From a virus (Duplodnaviria; Caudoviricetes), in IMG/VR virus record IMGVR_UViG_3300017699_000031, positions 1 through 30,547 of that record: a stretch of 30,547 nt of DNA. One strand, written 5' to 3'. How positions within the stretch are numbered: position 1 is the first letter of the stretch; every line of letters starts with the position of its first letter. Both the position numbers and the translations under genes were made by a program. Shown here piece by piece: positions 13,871-23,734 of the stretch. A model generated the notes under the pieces. It was given only the letters and a program-made list of their open reading frames with translations, searched no databases and was not told the DNA's origin.

Positions 13871-14761
13871 TCAGTATTTCACATAGTTGGTAACGTTCGC
13901 CCCGCGCGACACCGTGGTCGTCACGCCATAGAGCCCCGTCCCGTCGCAGTCGGCCACGGCGAACGTCCCGTTGATCGAGCCCCCGAAGAACTTGTTGTCG
14001 TAGGACAGCACGCCGGACGGGGCGATGACCGCCGCACCGCCCACGCCGCCCGAGCCCCCGTAGAGATTGATGTCCCCGTACCAGCCGGAGCGGACATGGT
14101 TAAGCTCCAGCGCGCGGAACGTGGCGTTAAAGCCGACGATGCGCTTCATGGCGATCGAACGGATACCAATGGCCACCGTCCCGCCCACGGTGTTCACGCG
14201 GGACGACCCGTTCACGAGGACGTTATATTGAGCCTTGCTGCTGCTGTACCCCGTGAGGTTCAGGTTCTCCAGAGAGAGGAAGTCAGGGCTGTATTGCGTC
14301 GTCGGAGACCCGACGTTCTGGTAGTTCGTGACCTGAATATGCGCCACGCTGGTCGCGCCGGCCGTATCGAAGCCGATCGTGAGATCGCGGACGCGAGGCC
14401 CCGTCCCGAACTCGCCGGTGATGAACAGGCCGGTCCCGAGATGGGTCGGCTTGATGACCGACAAGGACATTCCGTCGCCGAAGAAGTCGACTGGGTAGGC
14501 CATGTTGAGCACGCCCGAGACGACATAATTTCCCGCCGGAAGGTGGAGCCGCTTGTCGGCGTTCGCCCCGACGTCGAGGAGCGCGTCGTTGATCGCGGTC
14601 GTCCAGTCGGGCGTGCCGGCCGGCGCATAGTCGAGCACGCTGACGAACAGGCCGAGCGACCGCTTGACCGCTCGACGGGCGGTGCGGTTGTCCGGCGTGG
14701 ACCTGTCCGGCAGTGAGCTTGTGGTGAGCGCCAGGTTGGGCTCGTTGGCCGCTTTGGTCAT
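13871..14761 (-). CDS. short tailspike/depolymerase-like beta-helix protein
   Basis: VSVLDY...DWTTAINDAL...LHLPAGNY resembles the pectate_lyase_3 N-terminal cap; beta-rich body; ATG 14761 with GAGG SD. Confidence 0.7.
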   Translation of the reverse strand: MTKAANEPNLALTTSSLPDRSTPDNRTARRAVKRSLGLFVSVLDYAPAGTPDWTTAINDALLDVGANADKRLHLPAGNYVVSGVLNMAYPVDFFGDGMSLSVIKPTHLGTGLFITGEFGTGPRVRDLTIGFDTAGATSVAHIQVTNYQNVGSPTTQYSPDFLSLENLNLTGYSSSKAQYNVLVNGSSRVNTVGGTVAIGIRSIAMKRIVGFNATFRALELNHVRSGWYGDINLYGGSGGVGGAAVIAPSGVLSYDNKFFGGSINGTFAVADCDGTGLYGVTTTVSRGANVTNYVKY

Positions 14762-14763
14762 CG

Positions 14764-16347
14764 TCAGTTCCTCAAACCGTAGAGCCGCCAGCGTGCGCCG
14801 GTCGCGATGTTCCCCGAGTTCGGGATGACGCGGGCGTGGGTCAGCGCGCCGAAGCCGACGAGCGCACCGTCCGCGACACACTGCGTTAGCCGGCCCGTGC
14901 CCGACTGGATGAACGTGCTGCGAGCCTGCCAGAACGCGCGCTTGCTCGCCGCTCCCTGGGATAGTCTCACGACAATCTTCCCAGCGTGACCGCTCCCCAC
15001 TCCCGCCAGGTTCGTGCCAAAGACATTGGATGTCAGCGCCGCTCCGCTGTTATCAGTGAGCGTGCCGTTACTCTCGCGGTAGAACCCAGCCTGCTCGTAG
15101 GTGGACGCGCCGGAGATGAACGTCGGGACGCCGTCTGTCGCCACGCGAAAGATGGTCCCCTGCGCTGACGTGACCTGCTCATACTGATCTACGACAAGCT
15201 CGTATTCCTGATAGCCGCCGGTCAGCGCCACGTCGATAGACGAGGCAGGCGCGACGAGAACTCCCGAGGCTACGAGGACAGAGCCGGGTTGCAACTGCCC
15301 ATCGACATAGCCCTTCGTTGCGATCCGGCCCGCCGCGCCCCCGGTCGGATCGGGAGCGGTCGGCGCGCCGGTGAGCGCAGGCGATGCGAGTGGAGCTTTG
15401 GCCCCGTGCAACTCTGCGACGCCGGCCTGCACGTTCGTCGCGGTCATGCCGGCGATCGCCGCGAGGCTGACGTCGACAGCTGCGATCTCGGCGATGTCGA
15501 ACGCTTTGGTCCTGCGGAACATGAGCCAGTCGTTCAAAAGCAACGTGGCCGCCGGGAACACAACAGTCGCGCCGTCATCCGCCGTGCAGTCGTTGTCTTG
15601 CAGCCCGGTTCCGGGGGACGGGCCTATCTTCTGGATACGGCCGTTCCTGTAGACCTCGACCTGGCCGGGGGTGTAGCCGCTTGGCACGTTGACGACGGTC
15701 TGCCCCGCCGTGGCAAACACGGTCTCGGTGCTGACAAGACCCGTCAGCCCGACAGCCCCGACGCGCTCCCACAGCCCGCCGACGCGGACGTAGACGCCAT
15801 CGTTGTCGGGGTCCGGCTGGTTGTGGATATAAGCGCCGGCTCCGTCCTCGATCACGAAGCCGACGTCGACGTCCTCAGGGAAATAGTCGAACCCACCGAG
15901 CCAGCGCTGGCGCACATCGTCACGCGCGGCTTCGGCCAAAGTAGCCGCGGCCTCCGCCCGCTCGGCCGCGAGACCCGCGCCGTCGCTCTCGCCGCGCAGC
16001 TCGGCGTCACGCATGGCCGAGCGGTCGAACTCGCGGTCGATCTTGCGCTCGTCGAGCTTGTTGTTCGTGAAGACGGAGGTCTCGTTGGTGGCCGGGGTGC
16101 GCCGCTTGATAGTGATGGGCAGGCCAGCGGCCTTGGACACCAGCCCGGCCAAGGGAATAACAGACGCTTCCTCGTAGGTCGGCTCGTCGAGCTGGACCGT
16201 ATAGTCGACGTTGAGGACCGCGAGAGCGCCGTTCGACAGAACGATGCGGAGGTCGGCCGCTGCGTGGACCGGGAAGTTACACGCGATATGGACGCCGAGC
16301 ACGGGGACCGCGCCTTCGACCGTATACTCCGTTGTAGCTACGGTCAT
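14764..16347 (-). CDS. tail fibre protein
   Basis: T7 gp17-like N-terminal anchor (FPV...DLRI...DYTV...ITIKRRTP...DREFDR); KAPLASPALTGAPTAP fibre repeat; beta-rich C-terminal domain. Confidence 0.85.
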   Translation of the reverse strand: MTVATTEYTVEGAVPVLGVHIACNFPVHAAADLRIVLSNGALAVLNVDYTVQLDEPTYEEASVIPLAGLVSKAAGLPITIKRRTPATNETSVFTNNKLDERKIDREFDRSAMRDAELRGESDGAGLAAERAEAAATLAEAARDDVRQRWLGGFDYFPEDVDVGFVIEDGAGAYIHNQPDPDNDGVYVRVGGLWERVGAVGLTGLVSTETVFATAGQTVVNVPSGYTPGQVEVYRNGRIQKIGPSPGTGLQDNDCTADDGATVVFPAATLLLNDWLMFRRTKAFDIAEIAAVDVSLAAIAGMTATNVQAGVAELHGAKAPLASPALTGAPTAPDPTGGAAGRIATKGYVDGQLQPGSVLVASGVLVAPASSIDVALTGGYQEYELVVDQYEQVTSAQGTIFRVATDGVPTFISGASTYEQAGFYRESNGTLTDNSGAALTSNVFGTNLAGVGSGHAGKIVVRLSQGAASKRAFWQARSTFIQSGTGRLTQCVADGALVGFGALTHARVIPNSGNIATGARWRLYGLRN

Positions 16348-16358
16348 CCCGCGTCCCC

Positions 16359-18887
16359 CTAGAATTGCGGCAAGCGATCAGGCAAACGGTCCCCCGGAGC
16401 CCAATAGTAGTCATTGCCAAAGTCGCGACGCTGCTTGTCCTGTCGACGCTGGAAGCTCCGGTAGGCGGCAGGGTCGGCGACTTCGGCCAGCCTGTCGAAC
16501 ACCTGGCGCTCCAGCGCCGCCCGAGCATACCACAGCGACGACCCCGGCGTGTAACGCCTAGCGTATTCGACGAGCTTGGACAATGTCTTGCTGTCCTTTT
16601 GCTCCTTGAGCCCGCCGAGCGCGTCGGCGAAGGAGAACGCGTCACCGAAGACGAGCTGCGCCGTGTCGCCCATGAAGCCGGCGAGCGGGCCGGCGATGGC
16701 CTCTCCGGGGCCGCGGCCGAACTGATTGACGCCCGCGAACAGGAAGTCCCCGTAGATCGACATCGCGCCGCCCGATAGGATCGCCTTGCCCCAAAAGGCC
16801 GGGGTGTTCATCGGCAGCGGGTCGCGCCCCTTGCTGATCTCGCGCATCTGCGTACCCATCGCGCCAACGAGCGTCATCCCGACGCCGAGCCCGGCGATGA
16901 GCGCAAGCCGCCCCTGCCGATCAGGGTTGGACATGGCCAGCCGGCCGTAGGTCATCATCATCGAGATCGGGAAGTTCTTATACATCGCGAAGCTGTAGAG
17001 GACCGCGCCCGGCAGGGTGTCGGGACGCGTGGTGTCCTTGAGCCCGACACTGCCCTCGATCGTACCCTCCGGCACCATCTTCCGGCTCTCCTCCAAGATC
17101 ATGCCTTGGAAGCGCTGGTAGAGCGCGTCAGCATCCTTGACCTTTGTCTGGAGGATGTCGATCGGCCGCAGGAAGTTGACGTCGGCGCGCGGGCTCCACG
17201 GCTGCACGTTCTCGCGGAAGACGTCCCACTGCTCGGCGGTGATCCCGTACCGCTGCATGACCTCCTTGAACGGCAGGTCCGCGAAGGCGGTGTTCTTCGA
17301 GGAGTTGAGGAGCCCCATGAACTCGGCCTGGCTCGCCCATCGCGCCGCCTTCGTGTGGCCCGACAGGAGCGACGCCCGCAGGACAGTGTCGGCCACGCGC
17401 TTCGTGAACTGCGGCCCGACCGTGTTGAGCCCGGTAAAGCGCTGCTGCGCGTAGACGGCCTGCGAGACCTCGTCGAAGACGAAGCCGCTCTGCGTCGCGA
17501 TCTTCTCCATGAAGGCGCGGTCGGTCGCCAGGGTCTTGAAGTAGAAGTCCACGCCGCCGAAGACCGGCATCTTGTTGAACGCCTTGACGGCCGCCGACGT
17601 CACGAAGTCGCCGGGGATGGCCAGCAATGCCGCCGCGCCGAGCTGCGCCGACGTGAGGATGTTGGCCGTTCCGACGACGAGATTGCCCGCGATGCTGTCG
17701 GGGTCCATCGGGTTCGCCCGCGTGACCTGCTCCAGCATAGGGGAGAACTTGTTTTTGAGCAGCGCTTCCGTCTCGCTGACGGCCGAGCGGCCCTTCTTCG
17801 GCGAGAGGTCCGCGTTGTCCAGCTCGGCCGCCTTCTGCAAGGCGACGGCTCGGATCGTATCGGCCATGTGGGACGGGTTGGATCCGAAGGTCTGCACGAG
17901 CGCGATCTTGTGCGCCATGTCCGAGACGTGGGAGGTCATGACGTCGAAGACGTTGCCGTCCGAGAAGCGCTTGTGGACCTCCAGCCAGGCGTCGCCGTCC
18001 TTGTAGCGGAGGAAGCGGTGCTGCTCCATCATATTGCCGACCGCCGCGCCGCGGCCGTTGAAGGCCCCCGGCTCGATCTTGTTCGCGCCCCCGGTGGACA
18101 GGGTCTTGTAGACCTGCTTGAGCACGTCGGCGCGCTGCTCGACCTTGATCGGCGATCCATCAGGCCACGCCATCTTGCCCCAATCGAGCGTCCGGTTGTG
18201 GACCTCGGCCCACGCCTCGAACCCCTCGCGGATGAGCTTGACGGCGTTCTGGCCCTGCGGCAGCGCCCAATCCGAGAGCTTCCTGGCCGAGCCGCCCGAA
18301 CGGTTGATGAGGTCGATCGACGCGTCGGTCATCTTGCGCCATGCCGCGGCGACCTCCTTGGCCACGCTGTCGCCCGTATTCGCGCCGAACGCCTCGCGCA
18401 CGACGTTGTCGAGATGCGCCGTCCCCTTCTGCCGGCCAAGCGCGCCCTTGCCGATGTTCTCCAGCACGTCGCCGCCGACCGCCCACAACTGGCCCGTGGC
18501 GGTCTCGCGGTTCGTCGAGTACGACAGGCCGCCCGAGCGCGGGTCGTCTTCGATGAAGGAGATCGCGATGCGGCCGGGGCCGGCGGCTGCGTTCTCGCCC
18601 TCGCCGAAGACCTTCGTGTTCTTCATGAAGTTGGCGAAGCGGTCCTCGATCTCGCCGCGCTTGAGCAAGTCGACCATGGCGCGCTTGGCCTTCTCGGCCG
18701 CGGCGTCGGCCTGCTCCGAGAAGACTTGCAGCATCGCCCGCGTTTCCGGGTCGGCCACGCCCTGCGCCTTGTAGTTGTCGGCGAGGCCGTTGAAACGGGA
18801 GACGATCTCGTCGGCGCGCTTCTTGCCAAAGCCTTTGCGCTCAAGCTGCTCGCCGATGCAGCTTACGAAGTTTTGGCGATTGAACAT
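16359..18887 (-). CDS. large internal virion (ejection) protein, 842 aa
   Basis: Position between the other internal proteins and the tail fibre; helical, with hydrophobic Gly-rich segments near the C-terminus. Confidence 0.75.
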   Translation of the reverse strand: MFNRQNFVSCIGEQLERKGFGKKRADEIVSRFNGLADNYKAQGVADPETRAMLQVFSEQADAAAEKAKRAMVDLLKRGEIEDRFANFMKNTKVFGEGENAAAGPGRIAISFIEDDPRSGGLSYSTNRETATGQLWAVGGDVLENIGKGALGRQKGTAHLDNVVREAFGANTGDSVAKEVAAAWRKMTDASIDLINRSGGSARKLSDWALPQGQNAVKLIREGFEAWAEVHNRTLDWGKMAWPDGSPIKVEQRADVLKQVYKTLSTGGANKIEPGAFNGRGAAVGNMMEQHRFLRYKDGDAWLEVHKRFSDGNVFDVMTSHVSDMAHKIALVQTFGSNPSHMADTIRAVALQKAAELDNADLSPKKGRSAVSETEALLKNKFSPMLEQVTRANPMDPDSIAGNLVVGTANILTSAQLGAAALLAIPGDFVTSAAVKAFNKMPVFGGVDFYFKTLATDRAFMEKIATQSGFVFDEVSQAVYAQQRFTGLNTVGPQFTKRVADTVLRASLLSGHTKAARWASQAEFMGLLNSSKNTAFADLPFKEVMQRYGITAEQWDVFRENVQPWSPRADVNFLRPIDILQTKVKDADALYQRFQGMILEESRKMVPEGTIEGSVGLKDTTRPDTLPGAVLYSFAMYKNFPISMMMTYGRLAMSNPDRQGRLALIAGLGVGMTLVGAMGTQMREISKGRDPLPMNTPAFWGKAILSGGAMSIYGDFLFAGVNQFGRGPGEAIAGPLAGFMGDTAQLVFGDAFSFADALGGLKEQKDSKTLSKLVEYARRYTPGSSLWYARAALERQVFDRLAEVADPAAYRSFQRRQDKQRRDFGNDYYWAPGDRLPDRLPQF

Positions 18888-20941
18888 GTGCCGACAGCCC
18901 TAAATGCTTCCTCGTCGTCCGCGACGTCTTTGAGGAAGGAACGGAGCGAGACCTTCTTGCTGCCCTCGCCGTCCGCAGTTGGCACGAGAATGAAGTCGCG
19001 ATCAAGGTCGAGCTGCCGCCCGTTGGGGAAAGTCAGCTTGCCGTCCTCGGCCTCCATGAACCGCGCCACGCCGGAGCGAAACGCGTCGAGCTGCGTGTCG
19101 ACGATCTTGCTCTCGGCCGCCACGATCGCGGAGAGCCTGTCGGCCGCGTCGGCGTTGGGCGGCAGTGCGTCCGTGATGTCGGGCCGGCTGTTGAGGACGG
19201 GTAGGTCGTCGGCGATCGAGCGCACGAGCGGCCGGGAGGGGACCGGCGTCGCGTCGAGCGCGCTCGTGAGGTCGACCGTCGCCCCGATCTGGCGCTCGAC
19301 AGTCGGTTCAGATGTGAACCGTTCAGCCCTGAACGGTGACGCGGCCCGGTTCTCAAGGTCTTTGAGGATGCGGAGCGCATCGGTGCTCGGGCCGGTGACG
19401 CGCCATTCGCCCTCGGCCTGCGCCACGGCGCGCGAGACGGCCGGCGCGAGGTCGCGCATCTGCTCGTCGAGCGTCATGAGCCGCTGGCGGATCGTCTGCT
19501 GATCGGGCGTGTCGACGCCGCCGACCTGCGCGAACTGCTCCTGGCGCTGCGACCGCAACTCGTCGAGCTGCGCTTCGAGCCGGCTCTGGTTCTTCGGCGA
19601 CGCCTTGGCCAGCCGGGCCTCGGTGCGGGCGATCTCGGCGTCCAGCTCCTTGACGGCCGCCGTGGCGCTCTCCGTCCTGCCGGTATTCAGCTCGTCGAGC
19701 CAGCCTCGCAGCCGGGCGCTCTGCTCGGCGAGCTTGTCGAAGATGCGGAACGTCTCGGGGTCCGCCTTGCGCGCGCGGTCGTCGACCGTGTCGAGGTTGT
19801 CGACGAAGCGCTGGAAAGGCTTCTCGATCCTGGCGGTCGTGGGGTACGGCGCGGCTGCGGTATCCGAGCGCGGCGGAACCTCCCACGGCTTCGGGCCTTG
19901 GAAGTCGTCGAGCTGCGTCGTGAAGTGCTCAAGGTCGCCGCGCGCCAGCGCTTCGGCGCGGCGGGACTTCCCGAACGGGGAGCCCTTCATCATCTCCTCG
20001 GCGAACAGGTCGAAGTCTTCGAGGACGCTGCGGCGCTCGACGATCGGCGTCTCGGGGAAGACGGACTGCTCGGGCCGCCCGAGGACGTCGCCCGTGGCCG
20101 GGCGCGTGTCGAGCTGCGGAGGGGGCGGCGCGGGGTCGTTGGGCGCGTTGCGGAACCAGCGCTTGACGCCGGCCGCCAGCGCCTCGCCCGCGCCCTGTAG
20201 CGCAGCTCCTCCGACCGCCGCGCCGCCGACAGCCAGCGCCGCGTTGCCGAGCCCGTAGTCCATCCCGAGGAGCCGCCGGTTCTCTTGAACGCCTGTAAGC
20301 TGATTGATGCCTTCCGTGAGGCCCTGCGCTCCGGCCTGAACGCCGATCCTGGCGAGGGCCGTGCTGCCCGCGGCGACAGGCGTCGTGACGAAGTTGAGCG
20401 GGTCAGTGCGTGGGTCAATGCCCGCAGCCGCGCCGCCGATAAAACCGCCGATGTCGCCACCGATAGATGTAGGAGCCTCATTCCACCTGCTCTCCGACTT
20501 TTGCGCCTTCTCGCGCGTGGTGTCGAAAACTTCGCGCAGGTTCTTGAGCTGGAGGTCGGGGTACTTTCCGGCCACTTCGGCCAGCTCGATCTCCCGCTGC
20601 GCGATGATGCCGCCGATGCCGTCCTCGTCCTTGCCGTCCACGAAGTACCGGGCGGCTTGCAGGTAGCGCTTCGAGTTGATGCCGCCCGTGAAACCGCCGA
20701 GCGTGCCGTCCTCGCTCTCATTGAGGCTCTTGGGCGGCACGCCGCCGGCCGCGCGGATGGCCCTGATCTGCTCCTGCTCCTGCTCGCGGAAAGCCGCCTC
20801 CAAGCCGAACATGGAGTTCGTGCGAACCTGCGCGTCGTAGGACGCTTCGATCGCGCCAAGGAAGCCGAGCTTGGGGCCGGCGGACGCGTTGTCGATCGGC
20901 GTCACATAGGCGTCGCGGTTCGGCTCGGAAAAGACGCTCAC
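18863..20941 (-). CDS. internal virion (ejection) protein, 692 aa
   Basis: Synteny; Gly/Ala-rich hydrophobic segments and a coiled coil; GTG start overlapping the upstream stop. Confidence 0.7.
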   Translation of the reverse strand: MSVFSEPNRDAYVTPIDNASAGPKLGFLGAIEASYDAQVRTNSMFGLEAAFREQEQEQIRAIRAAGGVPPKSLNESEDGTLGGFTGGINSKRYLQAARYFVDGKDEDGIGGIIAQREIELAEVAGKYPDLQLKNLREVFDTTREKAQKSESRWNEAPTSIGGDIGGFIGGAAAGIDPRTDPLNFVTTPVAAGSTALARIGVQAGAQGLTEGINQLTGVQENRRLLGMDYGLGNAALAVGGAAVGGAALQGAGEALAAGVKRWFRNAPNDPAPPPPQLDTRPATGDVLGRPEQSVFPETPIVERRSVLEDFDLFAEEMMKGSPFGKSRRAEALARGDLEHFTTQLDDFQGPKPWEVPPRSDTAAAPYPTTARIEKPFQRFVDNLDTVDDRARKADPETFRIFDKLAEQSARLRGWLDELNTGRTESATAAVKELDAEIARTEARLAKASPKNQSRLEAQLDELRSQRQEQFAQVGGVDTPDQQTIRQRLMTLDEQMRDLAPAVSRAVAQAEGEWRVTGPSTDALRILKDLENRAASPFRAERFTSEPTVERQIGATVDLTSALDATPVPSRPLVRSIADDLPVLNSRPDITDALPPNADAADRLSAIVAAESKIVDTQLDAFRSGVARFMEAEDGKLTFPNGRQLDLDRDFILVPTADGEGSKKVSLRSFLKDVADDEEAFRAVGTCSIAKTS

Positions 20942-23724
20942 TTCCGACCTCCGTTCGGGCCAAGCCAGCGGCCCGTGACGGGATCGAAGTTCGAGAGCGC
21001 GCCGCCGGGCTGCATGATCGGATTATCGGTCTTCGGCACGGTTTCGTCCATACGGGTCGGAGCGGTCACGGGGCGCTGCGCGATGCGCTTCAACTCCGGC
21101 CCCTCGATCTTCATGGTGAACGGCCGCGCCAGACCGCGGGCGTCGAGCTGCGAGATGGCCATGCGGCCGTCCGCCATCTCAAGCTGGTACTGGCCGCCGC
21201 CGATCGCGCGGAACTTGCCCTCCGTGGCGATCTCGGCCGGCGTGATGACAGAGCCGTCGCGAAAGCGCGGCGGGTTCCCGTCGATCGACATGCTCGCGTA
21301 GTCCTCGGTCGTCATCCGATCGAGCGCGCTATCGAACTCCTTGCCGCTCACGCCTGGCGGCACGACGGTCGGAGCGCCGTTGACGCTGTCGATCGCCGGA
21401 GCCCCCTTCGTGCCGCCCATGACCGCCTGAACGGACGCCGAGAACGCGTCCTTGTCGAACTGGCCGTACTTGCCGCCCCCTCGCGCGACGTGCGTCTCGA
21501 CATAGTGGGCCATCGCAGCGTCGCGGATAGCCGCCATGGCCCGCGGCTCCAGCCCCATCATCGACCGGCCGGTGAGGTCGGCGAAGACGCGGCTCGACTG
21601 GTCGTCCTTGTCACCCACAGCGGCCTTGATGTCCTTGTCGTCGTTGAGCCGCTTGCGCCCTTTGATGATGTCGGTGGCCACGCCGGTCTGCCCGCGGTCG
21701 TTCACGAGCCCGGCGGCGAAGCCGAACACCGCGTCGCTCTCGCCGAGCTGCTTGGCCGCCGCGCGCGCGACGTCGCCGCCGAGCCCCTGAATTTGCGTGA
21801 GCACGCCGAGCACTTCGTCGGCCGAGCCCTTCTTGATCGTCTTCGTGAACTGCTCGGCCTCGCCCTTCGTGAAGGGCTTCACGTCCTCGCCCGGCACGGA
21901 GAAGTAGTCGGACATGGCGCGCCCGGTGTTGCCGCGCTGTTGCCAGCTCGACGCGTCGGACAGCTCGCCCACGACGAAGCGCCCGGTCGACGCTCCGTAG
22001 GAGACCATGTCCTCCTTGAGCCCCTTCTGCTGGCGGTCGTAGAGGTTCTGGTATGCCTGCGAGTTGACATAGCCGACGCGCGACGGCGAGCCGTTGAAGG
22101 CCCCGTTCAGACGCGCGTACACTTCGGCCACCGTTCGGGGCCGCCCGCCCTCGGAGCCCCCGGCGTAGAAGATCGAGCGGTTCGCCCCGGCCGCGCTCGG
22201 CACGACGTCCGCGGCGACCCCGTCAGGGTTCGCCTGCATGGCGCGGATGAACTCGATCGCGCCGGGGCTCTTGCCCCCGCCGGCCCCGAGGAAGTGGGCC
22301 ATGTAGAGTTCGCCGTCCGTCGCCGGGCGGCCGATCGCGCGCTGGATCGCGTTGCCGTTGTTCTTGGCCAGGATGGCCGCGCCGATCATGGCGACCTTCG
22401 GGTCCGAGAACATCGCGTGGATTTGCTCGTCGGACTTGCCGGCGACGTCGATCCCCATGAGCCGGGCGTTGAAGCCGTCCGCCCCACGGGCCACGGCAAC
22501 GGCCGTCCCCTTCGTGAACTGAGCCGGGCCGTAGGCGCTCGACGTTCCTTCGAGGTTGCCGGAGCCCCCGCCCTGCTTGGCGTAGAGGGCCGCGCCGTAC
22601 TCCTTGTTGAACATGCCGGCGAGATAGGTCGCCGAGATGCCCGTCTTGCCCGAGGCTTCGTTGATGCCCGCGGCGATCTCCGGCGGCAGGTTGATCTTCG
22701 CCCCGGCGACGTTGCCGGTCTTCGCCTGGTCGATCTTCTCGCGATACTGCTGCGGCGTCAGGCCGGGGTACTGCCGGTAAATCTGCTGCTGCGCCTTGAT
22801 CTCGGCCCACTGCCACTGGAGGCCGGGGTTTTTCGAGTTGCGGACCTGCTCCTCGACCGCCGTCATCTCGGCGGGGTCGAGCACGGTGAGCGCGTTGTGG
22901 CGCTCCTTGACGGTGTCGAGCGCGGCACGCGCCGACGCATCCGCCTGCGTGCGGATCGCGGTCTTGGCGGTCTTCGTGCCGTCGAGGATGCGGTCGTAGT
23001 CCGCCGGCCCCAAGCGCGCCTGCCAAGGGTTGTCCTTGGTCGTCAGGTCGTTCTCGATCGCCTGCACTTCTTCGGGGGTCTCGGCGTTGGCCAGCCGGCT
23101 CTCGAAGGTGCGCTTGGCCAGCCCTTGCTCGAAGGCGCGGCCCATGGCCTCGCGCTGCGCGGCCGGAACTTCCGTCCGCGTGGCGAGCAACGCCTTGCCG
23201 TCCGCGACGGCCTGGTCGTAGTTCGACGGGTCGGCGCGGACCTTGTTCTCCAGCACACCGAGCGCTTCGTCCGCCCGCGCCTTGTTGGCGTTGACGTTCG
23301 TATTGATCTCGAAGCTCGCCGACTGCGACAGCACGCCGGGCTTACGGGCCATGAGGTTCTGCTTGAGGGCTTCGCGCGCCTTGGGGTCCGAGACGCCCGC
23401 GACGTGCGCGTCGACTGCGGCGTCGTAGTCGTTCTTGGTCTCGTCGTAGAAGCCCTTGCCGTCTGCCGGCGCGGCTTGCTGCCGGTCGAGCAGGCGCTTC
23501 GAGTAGTCGAAGGACGCGACCCCGGCGGCCACGTCCTTCTGCCGCTGCTCGTTCTGCAACTCGACGGCAAGTGTGTTTACACGGTCGCCCGCAGAGCCGA
23601 TGTCAGCGCCCAAGCCGGAGACGGCCTTACCGATGCCGGCCCCGAACGCGTCAGGGCTTGCAGCGACACGCAGAAGCTCCGTCGTCGCCTTTTCTTCGAC
23701 CTGCCTGACAGGGATGCGGGCCAT
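20938..23724 (-). CDS. internal virion protein with lytic transglycosylase/lysozyme-like domain, 928 aa
   Basis: GISATYLAGMFNKEYG, SSAYGPAQFTKGT and ELYMAHFLGAGG motifs embedded in a helical protein. Confidence 0.8.
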   Translation of the reverse strand: MARIPVRQVEEKATTELLRVAASPDAFGAGIGKAVSGLGADIGSAGDRVNTLAVELQNEQRQKDVAAGVASFDYSKRLLDRQQAAPADGKGFYDETKNDYDAAVDAHVAGVSDPKAREALKQNLMARKPGVLSQSASFEINTNVNANKARADEALGVLENKVRADPSNYDQAVADGKALLATRTEVPAAQREAMGRAFEQGLAKRTFESRLANAETPEEVQAIENDLTTKDNPWQARLGPADYDRILDGTKTAKTAIRTQADASARAALDTVKERHNALTVLDPAEMTAVEEQVRNSKNPGLQWQWAEIKAQQQIYRQYPGLTPQQYREKIDQAKTGNVAGAKINLPPEIAAGINEASGKTGISATYLAGMFNKEYGAALYAKQGGGSGNLEGTSSAYGPAQFTKGTAVAVARGADGFNARLMGIDVAGKSDEQIHAMFSDPKVAMIGAAILAKNNGNAIQRAIGRPATDGELYMAHFLGAGGGKSPGAIEFIRAMQANPDGVAADVVPSAAGANRSIFYAGGSEGGRPRTVAEVYARLNGAFNGSPSRVGYVNSQAYQNLYDRQQKGLKEDMVSYGASTGRFVVGELSDASSWQQRGNTGRAMSDYFSVPGEDVKPFTKGEAEQFTKTIKKGSADEVLGVLTQIQGLGGDVARAAAKQLGESDAVFGFAAGLVNDRGQTGVATDIIKGRKRLNDDKDIKAAVGDKDDQSSRVFADLTGRSMMGLEPRAMAAIRDAAMAHYVETHVARGGGKYGQFDKDAFSASVQAVMGGTKGAPAIDSVNGAPTVVPPGVSGKEFDSALDRMTTEDYASMSIDGNPPRFRDGSVITPAEIATEGKFRAIGGGQYQLEMADGRMAISQLDARGLARPFTMKIEGPELKRIAQRPVTAPTRMDETVPKTDNPIMQPGGALSNFDPVTGRWLGPNGGRK

Positions 23725-23734
23725 GACGGGAGCC

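Noticed and set aside
14755-14881. -1 frameshift fusing the tail fibre to the downstream beta-helix ORF
   Set aside because: The frames overlap, but I found no X XXY YYZ heptamer near the fibre stop, and the downstream gene has its own GAGG SD and ATG at 14761.
13871-16347. Diversity-generating retroelement, given the BPP-1-like architecture
   Set aside because: No reverse transcriptase and no TR/VR repeat pair seen in this window; it cannot be excluded outside the window.
19306-19334. Alphaproteobacterial LexA box (GTTC-N7-GTTC)
   Set aside because: The GTTC units are separated by 11 nt, not 7, and the site is intragenic.
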